In this document: one piece after another, positions 49,471-59,877 of the stretch
How positions within the stretch are numbered: the stretch's first letter is position 1
Layout of the letters: the number at the start of each line of letters is the position of its first letter
Source of the DNA: Candidatus Cloacimonadota bacterium
Lineage (GTDB): Bacteria > Cloacimonadota > Cloacimonadia > G963667145
Assembly (NCBI GenBank): GCA_963667255.1
Contig: OY762940.1
Location: 928,001 to 992,000 of the forward strand
Reading direction: 5' to 3'
DNA length: 64,000 nucleotides
Notes under the pieces: generated by a model
Database searches by the model: none
What the model was told of the DNA's origin: nothing
Seen by the model: only the letters and a program-made list of their open reading frames with translations
Position numbers and translations under genes: made by a program

Positions 49471-49937
49471 AACTGAAATTCATTTTCCCAATCGAAATTT
49501 GCTGAATCTTCGTAACATTTTGGCCAGTGACGACACCATTGTGGCAGCTCAACATTTTTTATTCTGTCCAAGCTTGGATGATAAGGTTTGATGTCTATTA
49601 CAGGTGTGTTGTTTTCGGCATCTATGTATGGGAAATTAATTACACCGTTTTCATGGTCAACATTGAAGACATAAATTGGAGTAAGAGCGATAGGATTTGG
49701 ACGAAACGGTGACCTAGTGGCAAAAACTCCCAATATGTTAGGAGATTTTTTGTAAGGCGATTTTTCAATAAGATTGTCCCTGTCTTTTTCAGCACATCTG
49801 TTTGCCCACCAAAAAATATTTAGATAGCTAAATCCTTCTATATTGGTAAGACCTTCTCTGTATTCCGGCTTAATTAAAATAGAATACTTCCCGTTTTCAA
49901 CTCTAATGTTGCCTATAGTTTTTACTTCGAAATTCAT
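49467..49937 (-). CDS. TrmO/TsaA-like SAM-dependent methyltransferase
   Basis: GVFATRSPFRPNPI, TPVIDIKPY. Confidence 0.88.
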   Translation of the reverse strand: MNFEVKTIGNIRVENGKYSILIKPEYREGLTNIEGFSYLNIFWWANRCAEKDRDNLIEKSPYKKSPNILGVFATRSPFRPNPIALTPIYVFNVDHENGVINFPYIDAENNTPVIDIKPYHPSLDRIKNVELPQWCRHWPKCYEDSANFDWENEFQF

Positions 49938-50107
49938 TTTTTCTCCTTATTATTTGAAGTAGGATGCAGCTGCCTAATTTGAATATTCGTTGATATGCTT
50001 ATACTATCTAATACTTTGTCAAGCAATAAGTTAAAGTGTAGCAAAAATTTGGTATATCATTATGAAGTTTCAATAATTTAGAAAGAGAGGGGGTTTGAAA
50101 GTTTAGA

Positions 50108-51049
50108 TTATGATTTCAGCTCAATAGGGTTTTGGGTTTTGTAGCTCATAAACTTCGCGAATATCGGCAACGAAAAACTCCACGGAATTTCGGAGAGCAG
50201 GAGCACTAATTGCACATCTGAGGAGAAAAATCTATTGGCGACGATGATGATGATGCCGTTGTTCATACAGCCAATCATCATGCAGTTGGTCAGGCGTTCT
50301 CGGAGTTCGGATGACGGTATATAATAGCCGACCGCAAAGCGAAGGATGAAAACTAAAATCATCGTAATCAGAGCGATATAGGTTTGTTGAGCGGAAAAAC
50401 TATTAATCAGAAAATCACGATTGCCGGCGATAATAGCGGCGATAAATACAGTGATGAGCAGAGTGCCGACGAAACTGGAATTTTTGGCTGTGAAGTCCGA
50501 GGCTTTGCGAAAGTATTTTTTGAAAATAAAAGCGAGCGTCGCAGGGATGAGTATCATTTTCGTGAGAAAAAGGCTCATCTCTAAAATGGAGAAATCGACT
50601 TTTGAACCGAAGAGAAAAACAATCAGATAGGGTAGGAAGACGGGCAAAATGATGGAAGAGATGATGACATAGACACTCGTCCACAAGATGCGTAAGTTAT
50701 ACATTCCAGCGATTAGCGGAGACATCATAGCTCCCGGAGCGGCGGCTACCATCGTTACGCCTAGAGCGATGGGCAATGGCAACCAAAATGTGAGTCCAAA
50801 CACCACGAAAGGCAAGAGGAGCATAGAGGCTACGCTGAGGATGACGATTCTGTGAATGTTGGCTTTCAGATGAGAAAATTCGTCGAAATCAATTTTCAGA
50901 CACCCCAAAAATAGAGCAATCATAAGAAATTTGTCGATGTATTCTTGCAGAGGAGCCAGCAGATGCGGCAGGATGAAAGCAATTGCGACCATGAAAATCA
51001 GAATAGTTCCAAAGTGGGTTTCGATATATTTCAGGACAGATTTTATCAT
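50108..51049 (-). CDS. Bile acid:sodium symporter family transporter
   Basis: About ten TM helices; AAPGAMMSP and MNNG motifs. Confidence 0.7.
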   Translation of the reverse strand: MIKSVLKYIETHFGTILIFMVAIAFILPHLLAPLQEYIDKFLMIALFLGCLKIDFDEFSHLKANIHRIVILSVASMLLLPFVVFGLTFWLPLPIALGVTMVAAAPGAMMSPLIAGMYNLRILWTSVYVIISSIILPVFLPYLIVFLFGSKVDFSILEMSLFLTKMILIPATLAFIFKKYFRKASDFTAKNSSFVGTLLITVFIAAIIAGNRDFLINSFSAQQTYIALITMILVFILRFAVGYYIPSSELRERLTNCMMIGCMNNGIIIIVANRFFSSDVQLVLLLSEIPWSFSLPIFAKFMSYKTQNPIELKS

Positions 51050-52941
51050 TTTAATCCTCGTTTAAAGTTAAATTTGTATCCCGAGATACCCTCTTTTGGG
51101 TAAGCGTATTCCCTTATCAGCTTGTTCAAAATGTTTTTGGAAGGTTTGCAGAAAGATAAGTCCAACAAAAATCTTCGGAAACCTTTTTGATACAAATTGT
51201 TTTTCTCTTCCAAAATCGATACAGGTTTGTCAGGGTAAATCACGGTAAAGCCGTTCCGATGTTGTTTTTTGAGGGTAAATTGGTCAACAGATATTTCCTC
51301 GAAATTCTCAATCGGACAGCGGGAATAAAAGAGCTTTGGAGTGAAATGCAGAGGGAAAATACCGTTTCTATTTTGGTATTCGTTCTCAAATTCGCCCTCT
51401 TGCGGATAGAAAAAATTGTCGCTGTCCAAAGACTTAATCGCCATATCGTTCATCATCGGGTCTTGGTAATAAACTACGCATCCCGGGAGCAATAACTCTT
51501 CTTGCGATTTGTGGCAGGCGAAGTTTCTGATACCGCTTTTATACAGTTTCGTCACGAGATTTTGGTAGTCAACAATGGAATTTTCGCTGATGAAAGTCGG
51601 GAGTTCTACGATTAGCTTATCAACAAAATTCTGCAAAAATCCCTTAATCTCCAATTTCCATAGCGAAATTTTGTCAAAATCCAAAATCAATTTATCGACA
51701 TTTCTAAGGTCAACTTTGCGAAGCCATTCCGGAGAATCGATTTTCACAAAAAGTTCTCGTTCAATGGGGTTTGTTCTCCTTATTTTTCCAAAGAGTCTTT
51801 GGCTAATCTTGGAATTGTATCCAAATTCAAATTTGGTGCGATGAAATTTTTCTTTGAGTTTGTAATCTCGCTGACCAACCAAAAAAACTTTTTCACCGAT
51901 TTCAGCCGATTGAGTGATTTCTGTATCTAAGTTATGCAAAGAGTTTGCAGTCAGCAAGTTATCGGAGTTAATCTTAAATTGTTTGGCATCGTAGCCGTTT
52001 TTGCTCAAAATCCTAATGCGAAGCCCTTCAGTCAGTTCCATTTTGCTCTCCAATTCAAGAGTGCTCTTGCCGACTTTTGTGATTTCACCGATTAGCTCTC
52101 CGGTATAAGGGAAGTCGATTATTGGTTTGTTTAGTTTTTCGCCAAAAAAATATTCGGTCTTCTCGCGTCCGAAATCTTGGACGCTTTCAGCCCTGTTTTT
52201 ATAAGCGGTCACTACATTATAGACATATTCGGCGGATTTCATTCGACCTTCGATTTTCAGAGAGTCAATCCCGATTTCTTCCAAATACTGCACATAATCC
52301 AAAAGCTGAAGGTCGGATAGGTTGAAGAGAAATTTGTCGTTATACAGTCGTCGGCAAGGTTGTTTGCATTGTCCGCGATTGCCACTGCAACTTCCGATGA
52401 AGCTACTGAATAAGCATTCGCCCGAAAAGCTGTAGCACAAAGCTCCGTGAACAAACAACTCCAACTCGGTTTTGCTTCTTTTTCTGATGTTTTCCAGTTC
52501 CGATTTGGTAATCTCTCGAGACAGGACAACTCGCTTAATTCCTTGTTTCTTGGCAAAATTTGCTCCTGTTGAGTTATGGATTCCCATTTGTGTGCTGGCA
52601 TGCAGAGCAAGAGACGGGAACAAATTTTTGGCGATGTAAAAAACCGCCCAATCTTGAAAAATCACGGCATCAGCTTTCAATTTGTCGACGAAGTAAAGAG
52701 TTTTAATCAATTCGGGAAGTTCGCGATTTTTTATCAGTGTGTTGATAGTTATATAAACTCTCGTGCTTTTTTCATGAGCGTATTTCAAGACAAAAGGCAA
52801 ATCTTCGAGGCAAAAATTATTGGCTCTCGTTCTGGCACTAAAATTTTGCAATCCAAGATAAATAGCATCTGCACCAGCATCGATAGCTGCGAAAAATGCT
52901 TCCTTATTTCCTACTGGAGCTAAAATTTCGGGTGATTTGAT
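51046..52941 (-). CDS. U32 peptidase-family RNA hydroxylase (RlhA-like); apparent ATC start
   Basis: PEILAPVG, GADAIYLG, HASTQ, HGALCYSFSGEC, NRGQCKQPCR, SLKIEGRMK. Confidence 0.88.
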   Translation of the reverse strand: MKSPEILAPVGNKEAFFAAIDAGADAIYLGLQNFSARTRANNFCLEDLPFVLKYAHEKSTRVYITINTLIKNRELPELIKTLYFVDKLKADAVIFQDWAVFYIAKNLFPSLALHASTQMGIHNSTGANFAKKQGIKRVVLSREITKSELENIRKRSKTELELFVHGALCYSFSGECLFSSFIGSCSGNRGQCKQPCRRLYNDKFLFNLSDLQLLDYVQYLEEIGIDSLKIEGRMKSAEYVYNVVTAYKNRAESVQDFGREKTEYFFGEKLNKPIIDFPYTGELIGEITKVGKSTLELESKMELTEGLRIRILSKNGYDAKQFKINSDNLLTANSLHNLDTEITQSAEIGEKVFLVGQRDYKLKEKFHRTKFEFGYNSKISQRLFGKIRRTNPIERELFVKIDSPEWLRKVDLRNVDKLILDFDKISLWKLEIKGFLQNFVDKLIVELPTFISENSIVDYQNLVTKLYKSGIRNFACHKSQEELLLPGCVVYYQDPMMNDMAIKSLDSDNFFYPQEGEFENEYQNRNGIFPLHFTPKLFYSRCPIENFEEISVDQFTLKKQHRNGFTVIYPDKPVSILEEKNNLYQKGFRRFLLDLSFCKPSKNILNKLIREYAYPKEGISGYKFNFKRGLK

Positions 52942-53209
52942 GTTTCCTCCTATGAAAAGTGAGTTGATTTACACAGCATAGAAAAAAAAGAGGTCGGCAA
53001 GTCAAGATAATCCGAATAAGATTTGCTTTCATCTAACTTTTTGGATAATAAAAAGTTTCAATTTTTCATTTACTTTTTTTAGGCAAAATAATTTTGGATT
53101 GAAAATTCATTGTTTGTCAGTTGATTTTTTGTTACAATTGATTTGTAATATCTTTAGTGTCGCATTTGTTGTCGGGAAGAGATTATTAAAAAAAATAAGG
53201 AAGGTAATT

Positions 53210-53779
53210 GTGGAGTTGTTAAAAAGAAGGATAGAAAAAGATGGGAGAGTTATCTCAAGTGAAGTTGTAAAGGTGGATTCGTTTTTAAATCATCAGATTG
53301 ACCCGCAATTGCTGTTTGAGATGGGCAAAGAGTTTCACAGATTGTTTGCCGACAAGCCGATTACCAAAATTCTAACAATTGAGGCTTCGGGGATTGCTCT
53401 TGGTGTGATGACTGGTCTCAGCATCGGAGTTCCCATGGTTTTTGCCAAAAAAGTTGCCTCGCGAAATCTGGACAAAGAAACATATTTGACTAAGGTGCAC
53501 TCTTTTACGAAACAAATTGATTACGATATTCAGCTTTCCAAAAGATATTTGAACGCCGATGACCATGTGTTGATTGTGGACGATTTTTTGGCGAACGGGC
53601 AGGCTTGCCTCGGGCTTATTGATATTATTGAGCAGGCAGGAGCAACCTTGGAAGGAGTGGGTATTGCCATAGAAAAAGAGTTTCAACCTGGCGGGAAATT
53701 GATAAGAGACAGGGGAATTAAGGTGGAATCTTTGGCGATTATTGAGGCGTTTGTTGATGGCAAGGTGAAGTTTAAGTAG
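53210..53779 (+). CDS. xpt: Xanthine phosphoribosyltransferase
   Basis: KVDSFLNHQID, TIEASGI, VDDFLANG, IEKEFQ. Confidence 0.94.
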   Translation: MELLKRRIEKDGRVISSEVVKVDSFLNHQIDPQLLFEMGKEFHRLFADKPITKILTIEASGIALGVMTGLSIGVPMVFAKKVASRNLDKETYLTKVHSFTKQIDYDIQLSKRYLNADDHVLIVDDFLANGQACLGLIDIIEQAGATLEGVGIAIEKEFQPGGKLIRDRGIKVESLAIIEAFVDGKVKFK

Positions 53780-53829
53780 TTGATTTTTGTTCATCAATAT
53801 CGGCATTGAAAACAGTTTTGGAGGTAACA

Positions 53830-54432
53830 ATGCAAAAGCTAATGGAAAATCTGGAGAAGAGAAATTTTAACCCTCACTATTTTGAGACCACAGCAGAGGC
53901 AGTCGATTACATAGCATCGCAGATAGATGCAGGGCAAACCGTCTCTTGGGGCGGTTCTGTCAGCATCGATGAGTCAGGCATCAAAGATGTTTTGCGAGAG
54001 AAAGGAGCGGTCATCTTGGACAGAGCTTTGGCGAAAAATCCTCAGGAAGTGCGAAAAATTTATTTGCAGGCATTCGATTGTGATGCTTACCTTATGAGTT
54101 CCAACGCTATCAGCGAGAATGGAGTCTTGGTGAATATCGATGGCAACGGCAATCGCTTGGCTAACCTTGTTTATGGCTCCCAAAAGGTCTTCATGTTGGT
54201 CGGCAAAAACAAAATCTGTAAAACGGAAGAGGATGCGTTGTCCAGGGTTCGCAATATAACCGCACCTCTCAACTCCAAGAGATTGAACAAAAAAACACCG
54301 TGTGTTGTGGATGGCAAATGCCACGACTGTTTGAGTCCCGAGTGTATTTGCAATCACATCGTTTTCACTCGTCATTGTTTGTATCCCAAGCGAATCAATG
54401 TGATTTTGGTTAACGAGAATTTGGGGTTGTAG
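53830..54432 (+). CDS. LUD-domain (lactate utilization-like) protein
   Basis: GGSVS, SSNAI, NIDGNGNR, TPC...C.DC...IC. Confidence 0.85.
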   Translation: MQKLMENLEKRNFNPHYFETTAEAVDYIASQIDAGQTVSWGGSVSIDESGIKDVLREKGAVILDRALAKNPQEVRKIYLQAFDCDAYLMSSNAISENGVLVNIDGNGNRLANLVYGSQKVFMLVGKNKICKTEEDALSRVRNITAPLNSKRLNKKTPCVVDGKCHDCLSPECICNHIVFTRHCLYPKRINVILVNENLGL

Positions 54433-54440
54433 GAGCAAAA

Positions 54441-55577
54441 TTGCAAGATATTAAGAAAAAGCCAATGTATTGGTATTTGTTGATTTTGACGATGGCTTCC
54501 ACCGTCGGTTTGCAAGGCTGGCGGACTTTGTTCAACAATTTTTCCATCGAAGTCGTGGAGCTGAACGGCTTAAACATCGGCTTAGTTCAGTCGATACGGG
54601 AGATTCCAGGTTTCCTCGCCATGAGTGTGGTGCTTGTGCTTCTTTTTGTCAAAGAGTATCGCTTGTCCGCACTTTCTATTATTTGCCTCGGAATTGGCGT
54701 AGGTCTTACGGGATTTTTCCCCACATTTACGGGACTCATTGTTTGCACTTTGCTGATGAGCATCGGTTTTCACTATTATGAAACCACCAATCAATCTCTT
54801 ATTTTGCAATACTTTGACAAACAGCAATCGCCGTTGGTGATGGGCAGTCAGAGGAGTTTGACAGCACTGGTTTCTATCGTCATTGGTCTTGGGATTTTAT
54901 TCCTCTCCTATGTGTTGAGTTACAAAGTTATGTTTGCGATTTTGGGCGGAATAGTAGTCTGTGCAGGGATTTGGGGATTGTTTCACGATTTCAGACAAAG
55001 CGACGGCGAGTTTCAATCCAAGAAAATATCTTTCCACAAAAAATATACAGTTTTCTACCTATTGACTTTGTTTTCAGGAGCAAGACGACAAATTTTTATG
55101 GTGTTTTCCGTGTTTCTCTTAGTGAAAAAATTCGATTTCACCATTCAAGAAATTACACTTTTGTTTGTTCTGAACAACGCAATCAATTTCTTCTTGGCAC
55201 CACTTGTGGCAAAGGCGATTAAGCGGTTTGGAGAACGACCGATTTTGAGCATAGAGTATGGCAGCTTGATAATTATTTTCTTGTTTTACGCATATTGCCC
55301 ATACAAATGGGTGGTGGCTTTTCTCTACATTCTCGACCACATTACTTTCAATGGAGCGATGGCAATTCGCACATATTTTCACAAAATCGCCAACCCTGAG
55401 GACATAGCTTCGGGCACAGCAGTGAGTTTCACCATCAATCACATCGCTGCGGTGATTTTGCCCATAGTTGGAGGGTATCTGTGGATGATAAACCCGAGTT
55501 TGCCCTTTGTTGTCGGTTCGATTTTGGGAGTTGTTTCGTTTATCGTGACAAGGTTTGTGCGAGTAGTAGATGAGTAG
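54441..55577 (+). CDS. MFS transporter
   Basis: About twelve TM helices; REIPGFL, GARRQIF, FTINHIAAV. Confidence 0.85.
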   Translation: MQDIKKKPMYWYLLILTMASTVGLQGWRTLFNNFSIEVVELNGLNIGLVQSIREIPGFLAMSVVLVLLFVKEYRLSALSIICLGIGVGLTGFFPTFTGLIVCTLLMSIGFHYYETTNQSLILQYFDKQQSPLVMGSQRSLTALVSIVIGLGILFLSYVLSYKVMFAILGGIVVCAGIWGLFHDFRQSDGEFQSKKISFHKKYTVFYLLTLFSGARRQIFMVFSVFLLVKKFDFTIQEITLLFVLNNAINFFLAPLVAKAIKRFGERPILSIEYGSLIIIFLFYAYCPYKWVVAFLYILDHITFNGAMAIRTYFHKIANPEDIASGTAVSFTINHIAAVILPIVGGYLWMINPSLPFVVGSILGVVSFIVTRFVRVVDE

Positions 55578-55710
55578 GAGAGCTTATGTCAGATTTTACA
55601 GTAAATGAGAGTAAGTGCGTTCCCGTTATTATTTTATCAGGAAAATAAATTTGTTTTGACATCATTCTATAAAATTACTCTTGTAGCACCATGAGAATAG
55701 AAAAACAAAC

Positions 55711-55823
55711 AGTTCAGTTCAGTTCAGTTCAGTTCAGTTCAGTTCAGTTCAGTTCAGTTCAGTTCAGTTCAGTTCAGTTCAGTTCAGTTCAGTTCAGTTC
55801 AGTTCAGTTCAGTTCAGTTCAGT
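55711..55823. repeat. Pentanucleotide microsatellite (AGTTC)22
   Basis: 22 perfect units plus AGT, counted directly. Confidence 0.98.
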
Positions 55824-55960
55824 CGAGGCTGTCTGTGGCTTAACAGTCAATTGTTTCATAGAGATTTCAAAGAAGGTCTTCCGAGTTGATCGGGAGAATG
55901 TTCAATTGGTATAAAAAAGTTAGCTATCTGGTGATGCATTGATTTAAGGATTTCCAAATA

Positions 55961-57760
55961 ATGATTTATGACCTAATATTAGACGAAATAGATATTCTTA
56001 GAAGTTTATTAAAAATAAATACAGAACATGAAGAAATTAATATTTTTTTAAAAATAGTCCAAGGTCGGCTAACATCAATTTCTGAAGATTTAAATAATTC
56101 AATTAAAAGTTTCCATGAGAATGCAGAATGGGAAACTTTTACTATTGCATTTTATGGTGAAACGAATGCTGGAAAATCTACAATAATTGAAACTTTAAGA
56201 ATCTTGTTGAATGAGCCTAGTAAATTACAGGAAAGGGATAAAATCAAGCAGTTAAGAGAAACTCTTTCTAATTTAACAGCTACAAGTCAGAAAGATTATA
56301 AACAAATTTCAAAACAATTATTAAAGTTTTGTGATGGTAATATTATTGGAGATGGTCGGTCTGATTTTACTCAAGAAGTAATTAAATATCAATTCGAATG
56401 TGATGGGCAGAATTTTGCTTTGCTTGACCTTCCAGGAATTGAAGGGCAGGAAGAGCTTGTATTAAGTAAAATTACTGATGCCGTGAAAAAAGCTCATGCT
56501 GTGTTTTATATTACTAGTAAACCAACACCACCTCAATCAGTGGATGGAAATAGCTTAGGGGTTCTCGAAAAAATTAGAAAGCATCTTAAAGATCATACAG
56601 AAGTTTATTCTATTTTCAACAAGAGAGCTAAAAATCCGCAACTATTAAAATCTGAAATTGTTGATGAAGAAGAAAAAGAAAGTTTATTAGATCTTGATAA
56701 TGTTATGCGAGAGAATATAGGGGAACAATATAAAACTCACTTTTCTTTAAGTGCGTATCCTGGATTTTTGGCAGTGTCTGATTATTGTGAGGAAAAATTT
56801 GAGAAAAGTAAAAGTAAATTTCTTGATAAATTTGGAACCAAAGATAATCTCTTATTTGCAAGTCGTATTAAAGAGTTTTCAGATTGGCTTACTAACGAAA
56901 TGATTAACAATGGCAAAGAAAAAATAAAAAAATCGAATGATAAAAAAGTTTATTTTATTTTAAAGAAAATAGAAAGAGAAATTGATGATTATTACAAAGA
57001 ATTTAATAATATAGAGGGAAATGTTTTAAAAGAAAATAAAAGATTTAAGAGAAATTTAGAAGATGCTGTTGAAGATTATAAACGCCAGATTTTTTTAGAA
57101 TTTAATGAGTGTTTAAGAAAATTTGAGGGACGGGTTAGAAAGAGGATATATGGGGAAATTGAAAAAGAAATAAGTAACGAAAAGTATGAAAGTTTATTAC
57201 AAGATTATATGAAAGAAGAAGTAAATAGTTTTAAAAACTCTTTAGATGATAGAATGAAAAAACTTACAATTGAATTTGAGGAAGAAATAAATTCACTAAT
57301 GAAAAAGAGTTCTATTTTTTTGTGTGATATTTTGGGTAGTGAAGTGTCTAAGATTAATTCAAAATTGCATTTGGAAATAGATAATGATGATGAATGTGGT
57401 GCGATATTGGAAAAAGTTTTTGAATTTATTGCAATCCTTTTTCTCTCTAATAATCCTCCAGGTTGGCTATTATTTGTTGCTAGTGTTATAAGTTCATTTA
57501 TCGATGGAGTAGAGGAGGATGATATTAAGCAAAAGAATAATGCTAATAAAAATATAGAAAAGATTATTAGAAAAATAAGCGAGAAGTTTTTGGAAAATGT
57601 TGAGAAGCAGTTTAAAGTTTTAGAGGTACAGATTGAAAAATCTATTAAAAAAAAATTAGTAAACGTTGAACAAATTGTAATGATAAAAAAAGCGATTAAT
57701 GATATTTCAATAAGATTTAATAATCTTTCTCGCAATATCAAAAAAGAGGGGAATTTTTAA
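55961..57760 (+). CDS. Dynamin-like GTPase, LeoBC-like
   Basis: YGETNAGKST, GDGRSDFT, DLPGIEG, FNK; AT-rich coiled-coil tail. Confidence 0.8.
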   Translation: MIYDLILDEIDILRSLLKINTEHEEINIFLKIVQGRLTSISEDLNNSIKSFHENAEWETFTIAFYGETNAGKSTIIETLRILLNEPSKLQERDKIKQLRETLSNLTATSQKDYKQISKQLLKFCDGNIIGDGRSDFTQEVIKYQFECDGQNFALLDLPGIEGQEELVLSKITDAVKKAHAVFYITSKPTPPQSVDGNSLGVLEKIRKHLKDHTEVYSIFNKRAKNPQLLKSEIVDEEEKESLLDLDNVMRENIGEQYKTHFSLSAYPGFLAVSDYCEEKFEKSKSKFLDKFGTKDNLLFASRIKEFSDWLTNEMINNGKEKIKKSNDKKVYFILKKIEREIDDYYKEFNNIEGNVLKENKRFKRNLEDAVEDYKRQIFLEFNECLRKFEGRVRKRIYGEIEKEISNEKYESLLQDYMKEEVNSFKNSLDDRMKKLTIEFEEEINSLMKKSSIFLCDILGSEVSKINSKLHLEIDNDDECGAILEKVFEFIAILFLSNNPPGWLLFVASVISSFIDGVEEDDIKQKNNANKNIEKIIRKISEKFLENVEKQFKVLEVQIEKSIKKKLVNVEQIVMIKKAINDISIRFNNLSRNIKKEGNF

Positions 57761-59428
57761 ATGAAAACAATAGATATTTTTAAGGAAAAGCAAGAGCAAA
57801 CGATTGAAATATTGAATCGCCTTATAAACTTTATAAACAAAGGAGAAAAATTAGGGATAGCAATAAATCAAGAGTTTATTGAGAAAATTAAAAATGGGAT
57901 TCAAGCGACCAAAGAGAAAAAATTAAAAGTTGCTTTGATTGGAGGATTTTCTGAGGGGAAAACATCTGTGGCTGCAGCTTGGTCGGAGCATTATGATAAG
58001 TCAACAATGCTTATAAATCAAAGTGAATCTTCTGACCAAATAAGAGTCTATTCTCTTAAAGATTTTGATTTGATTGATACACCTGGATTATTTGGGCTTA
58101 AGGAAACTAAAGATAGGCAGAAATATAAAGATGTTACTAAAAAATATGTTAGTGAAGCTAACCTCATTTTATATGTTATGAATCCCAATAATCCTGTCAA
58201 GGAAAGTCATAAGGAAGAGCTAAATTACTTTTTTAAAGAATTAAATCTTTTATCTCGTACCGTGTTTGTATTGAGTAGATTTGATGAAGAAGCTGACATT
58301 GAAGATGAAGAAGATTATCAGGAAAGTTTTGAAATAAAAAGAAAAAATATTTTAGATCGCTTATGCGATTTCCAGATTATAACTCCAGGGGATGATGTGC
58401 CAATAGTTGCAGTTTCTGCAAATCCTTTTGGCAAGGGAATTAATTATTGGCTATCAAACTTGGAAGAGTTTAAAAAATTATCGCATATTGAAACTTTGCA
58501 AAAAGCAACAACAGAAAAAATAAAATCTGTTGGAAATTTGAACGAAATAATTTTAGCATCACAAAAAAGTATTGTTAAAGATATTTTGTATCAGCAAGTT
58601 CCAGTGATCCGCGATTTGGTTTATCAAGCTTCTGAAGAATGTCTAAAACTTGATGAAGTTTGTAGTGATAGAGAAAAAGATTTTAATAAAACTAAAAAGA
58701 AAATAGGCGAAGCTCGTATCGGATTACGAGAATTTATAACTGAATATTTTACTGATTTGATACTTCAAGCTAGTTCTCTTAGTCTTAAAACTTATGATGA
58801 ATTTATCCAACGAAATATTGGTAAGGATATGGTTGTCCTAAAAGCTAAAATTGATAATGAATTTGATAGATATTTGGGAAATGTTAATAATGAAATTTTA
58901 AGTATGGAGACAAAGTTTAAATCTGATTTGGAGCGATATGATGATAGCATTAACTTTTTATTATCAAAAGGATTAAAATTTGGTGGTGAAAAATTATCAA
59001 AAGTAGCTGTTTCTAATAAAACGGTTATTGCGGTTAGAAATTCTTTAAAATTGAGTCACAAATTTAAACCATGGGAAGCTACTAAGTTGGCTGGTAAGTT
59101 AAGTAAAGGGTTAAAATTTGCGGGAACTGCAATAACTGTTGGTTTGCAAGTTTATGAAATTTGTAAAAAAGGTCATAAAGAGGAAGAATTTAAAAAAATT
59201 GTTAGCCAGTTAATTTCCCAGTTTGAAGAATATCGTGGCAATTTATTAGAATCTCTAAATAATGAACAAAAATTCATATCAGATTATTGCCCAAGTTATA
59301 AAGAATTTGAAAATCAATTTATTGAAATTCAAAAAGAAATTTTTGAGAAAAAAGAGTTGAAAAATAAATTTGTAGAATGGGAAAACGAAGGAAGAACTAT
59401 TGAAGCAGATTTTGAGATTATTAATTAG
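57761..59428 (+). CDS. leoA: LeoA/HP0731-family dynamin-like GTPase
   Basis: GGFSEGKTS, ESSD, DTPGLFG, RTVFVLSRFDE, ANPF, KFKPWEA. Confidence 0.85.
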   Translation: MKTIDIFKEKQEQTIEILNRLINFINKGEKLGIAINQEFIEKIKNGIQATKEKKLKVALIGGFSEGKTSVAAAWSEHYDKSTMLINQSESSDQIRVYSLKDFDLIDTPGLFGLKETKDRQKYKDVTKKYVSEANLILYVMNPNNPVKESHKEELNYFFKELNLLSRTVFVLSRFDEEADIEDEEDYQESFEIKRKNILDRLCDFQIITPGDDVPIVAVSANPFGKGINYWLSNLEEFKKLSHIETLQKATTEKIKSVGNLNEIILASQKSIVKDILYQQVPVIRDLVYQASEECLKLDEVCSDREKDFNKTKKKIGEARIGLREFITEYFTDLILQASSLSLKTYDEFIQRNIGKDMVVLKAKIDNEFDRYLGNVNNEILSMETKFKSDLERYDDSINFLLSKGLKFGGEKLSKVAVSNKTVIAVRNSLKLSHKFKPWEATKLAGKLSKGLKFAGTAITVGLQVYEICKKGHKEEEFKKIVSQLISQFEEYRGNLLESLNNEQKFISDYCPSYKEFENQFIEIQKEIFEKKELKNKFVEWENEGRTIEADFEIIN

Positions 59429-59482
59429 TCTTTTTCTAAAATTTTTATTAAATTGATTAAATAGATATAAGGAGAAAATTTG

Positions 59483-59866
59483 ATGTTTAAAAAAGCATTG
59501 AAGGACGCAGAGTCTTATGCTCAAAAGCACAATTTTGATTATGTGTTGAATATTTTTAAGAAAGGTGAACTCTTGGGTGGAGCAGAAGCGAGTGTAAGAG
59601 ATGCGAATTGGGCAAGATTTGAGAAAAAACCTGGAGTTTATATCCTATCCACAGATGGCGAAGTAGTTTATGTTGGTAAGAGTAATGTTGATACTGGAAA
59701 TAGATTATGGAGTCACTTTAACACCGATGAAAAATTGGAGAAAATGACAGATGATAGCCAAGTAGCAGTTCTGACTTTTTCTAAAGAAGACAACGCTCTT
59801 ACATCGGCTTTGGAAACTTATTTGATAGAAAAGTATAAGCCGGTGCTAAATAAGACAAATCATTAA
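59483..59866 (+). CDS. GIY-YIG nuclease-family protein
   Basis: GVY...YVGKS...R..SH...LE..LI...KPVLN. Confidence 0.8.
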   Translation: MFKKALKDAESYAQKHNFDYVLNIFKKGELLGGAEASVRDANWARFEKKPGVYILSTDGEVVYVGKSNVDTGNRLWSHFNTDEKLEKMTDDSQVAVLTFSKEDNALTSALETYLIEKYKPVLNKTNH

Positions 59867-59877
59867 TTGCTTTTAAC

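Noticed and set aside
52970..53209. Purine riboswitch upstream of xpt or the NCS2 permease
   Set aside because: No purine aptamer core recognised by eye; an Rfam scan would settle it.
55711..55823. CRISPR array, or in-frame phase variation of the 55961 gene
   Set aside because: Pure 5-mer tandem repeat with no spacers; all three frames stop before 55961.
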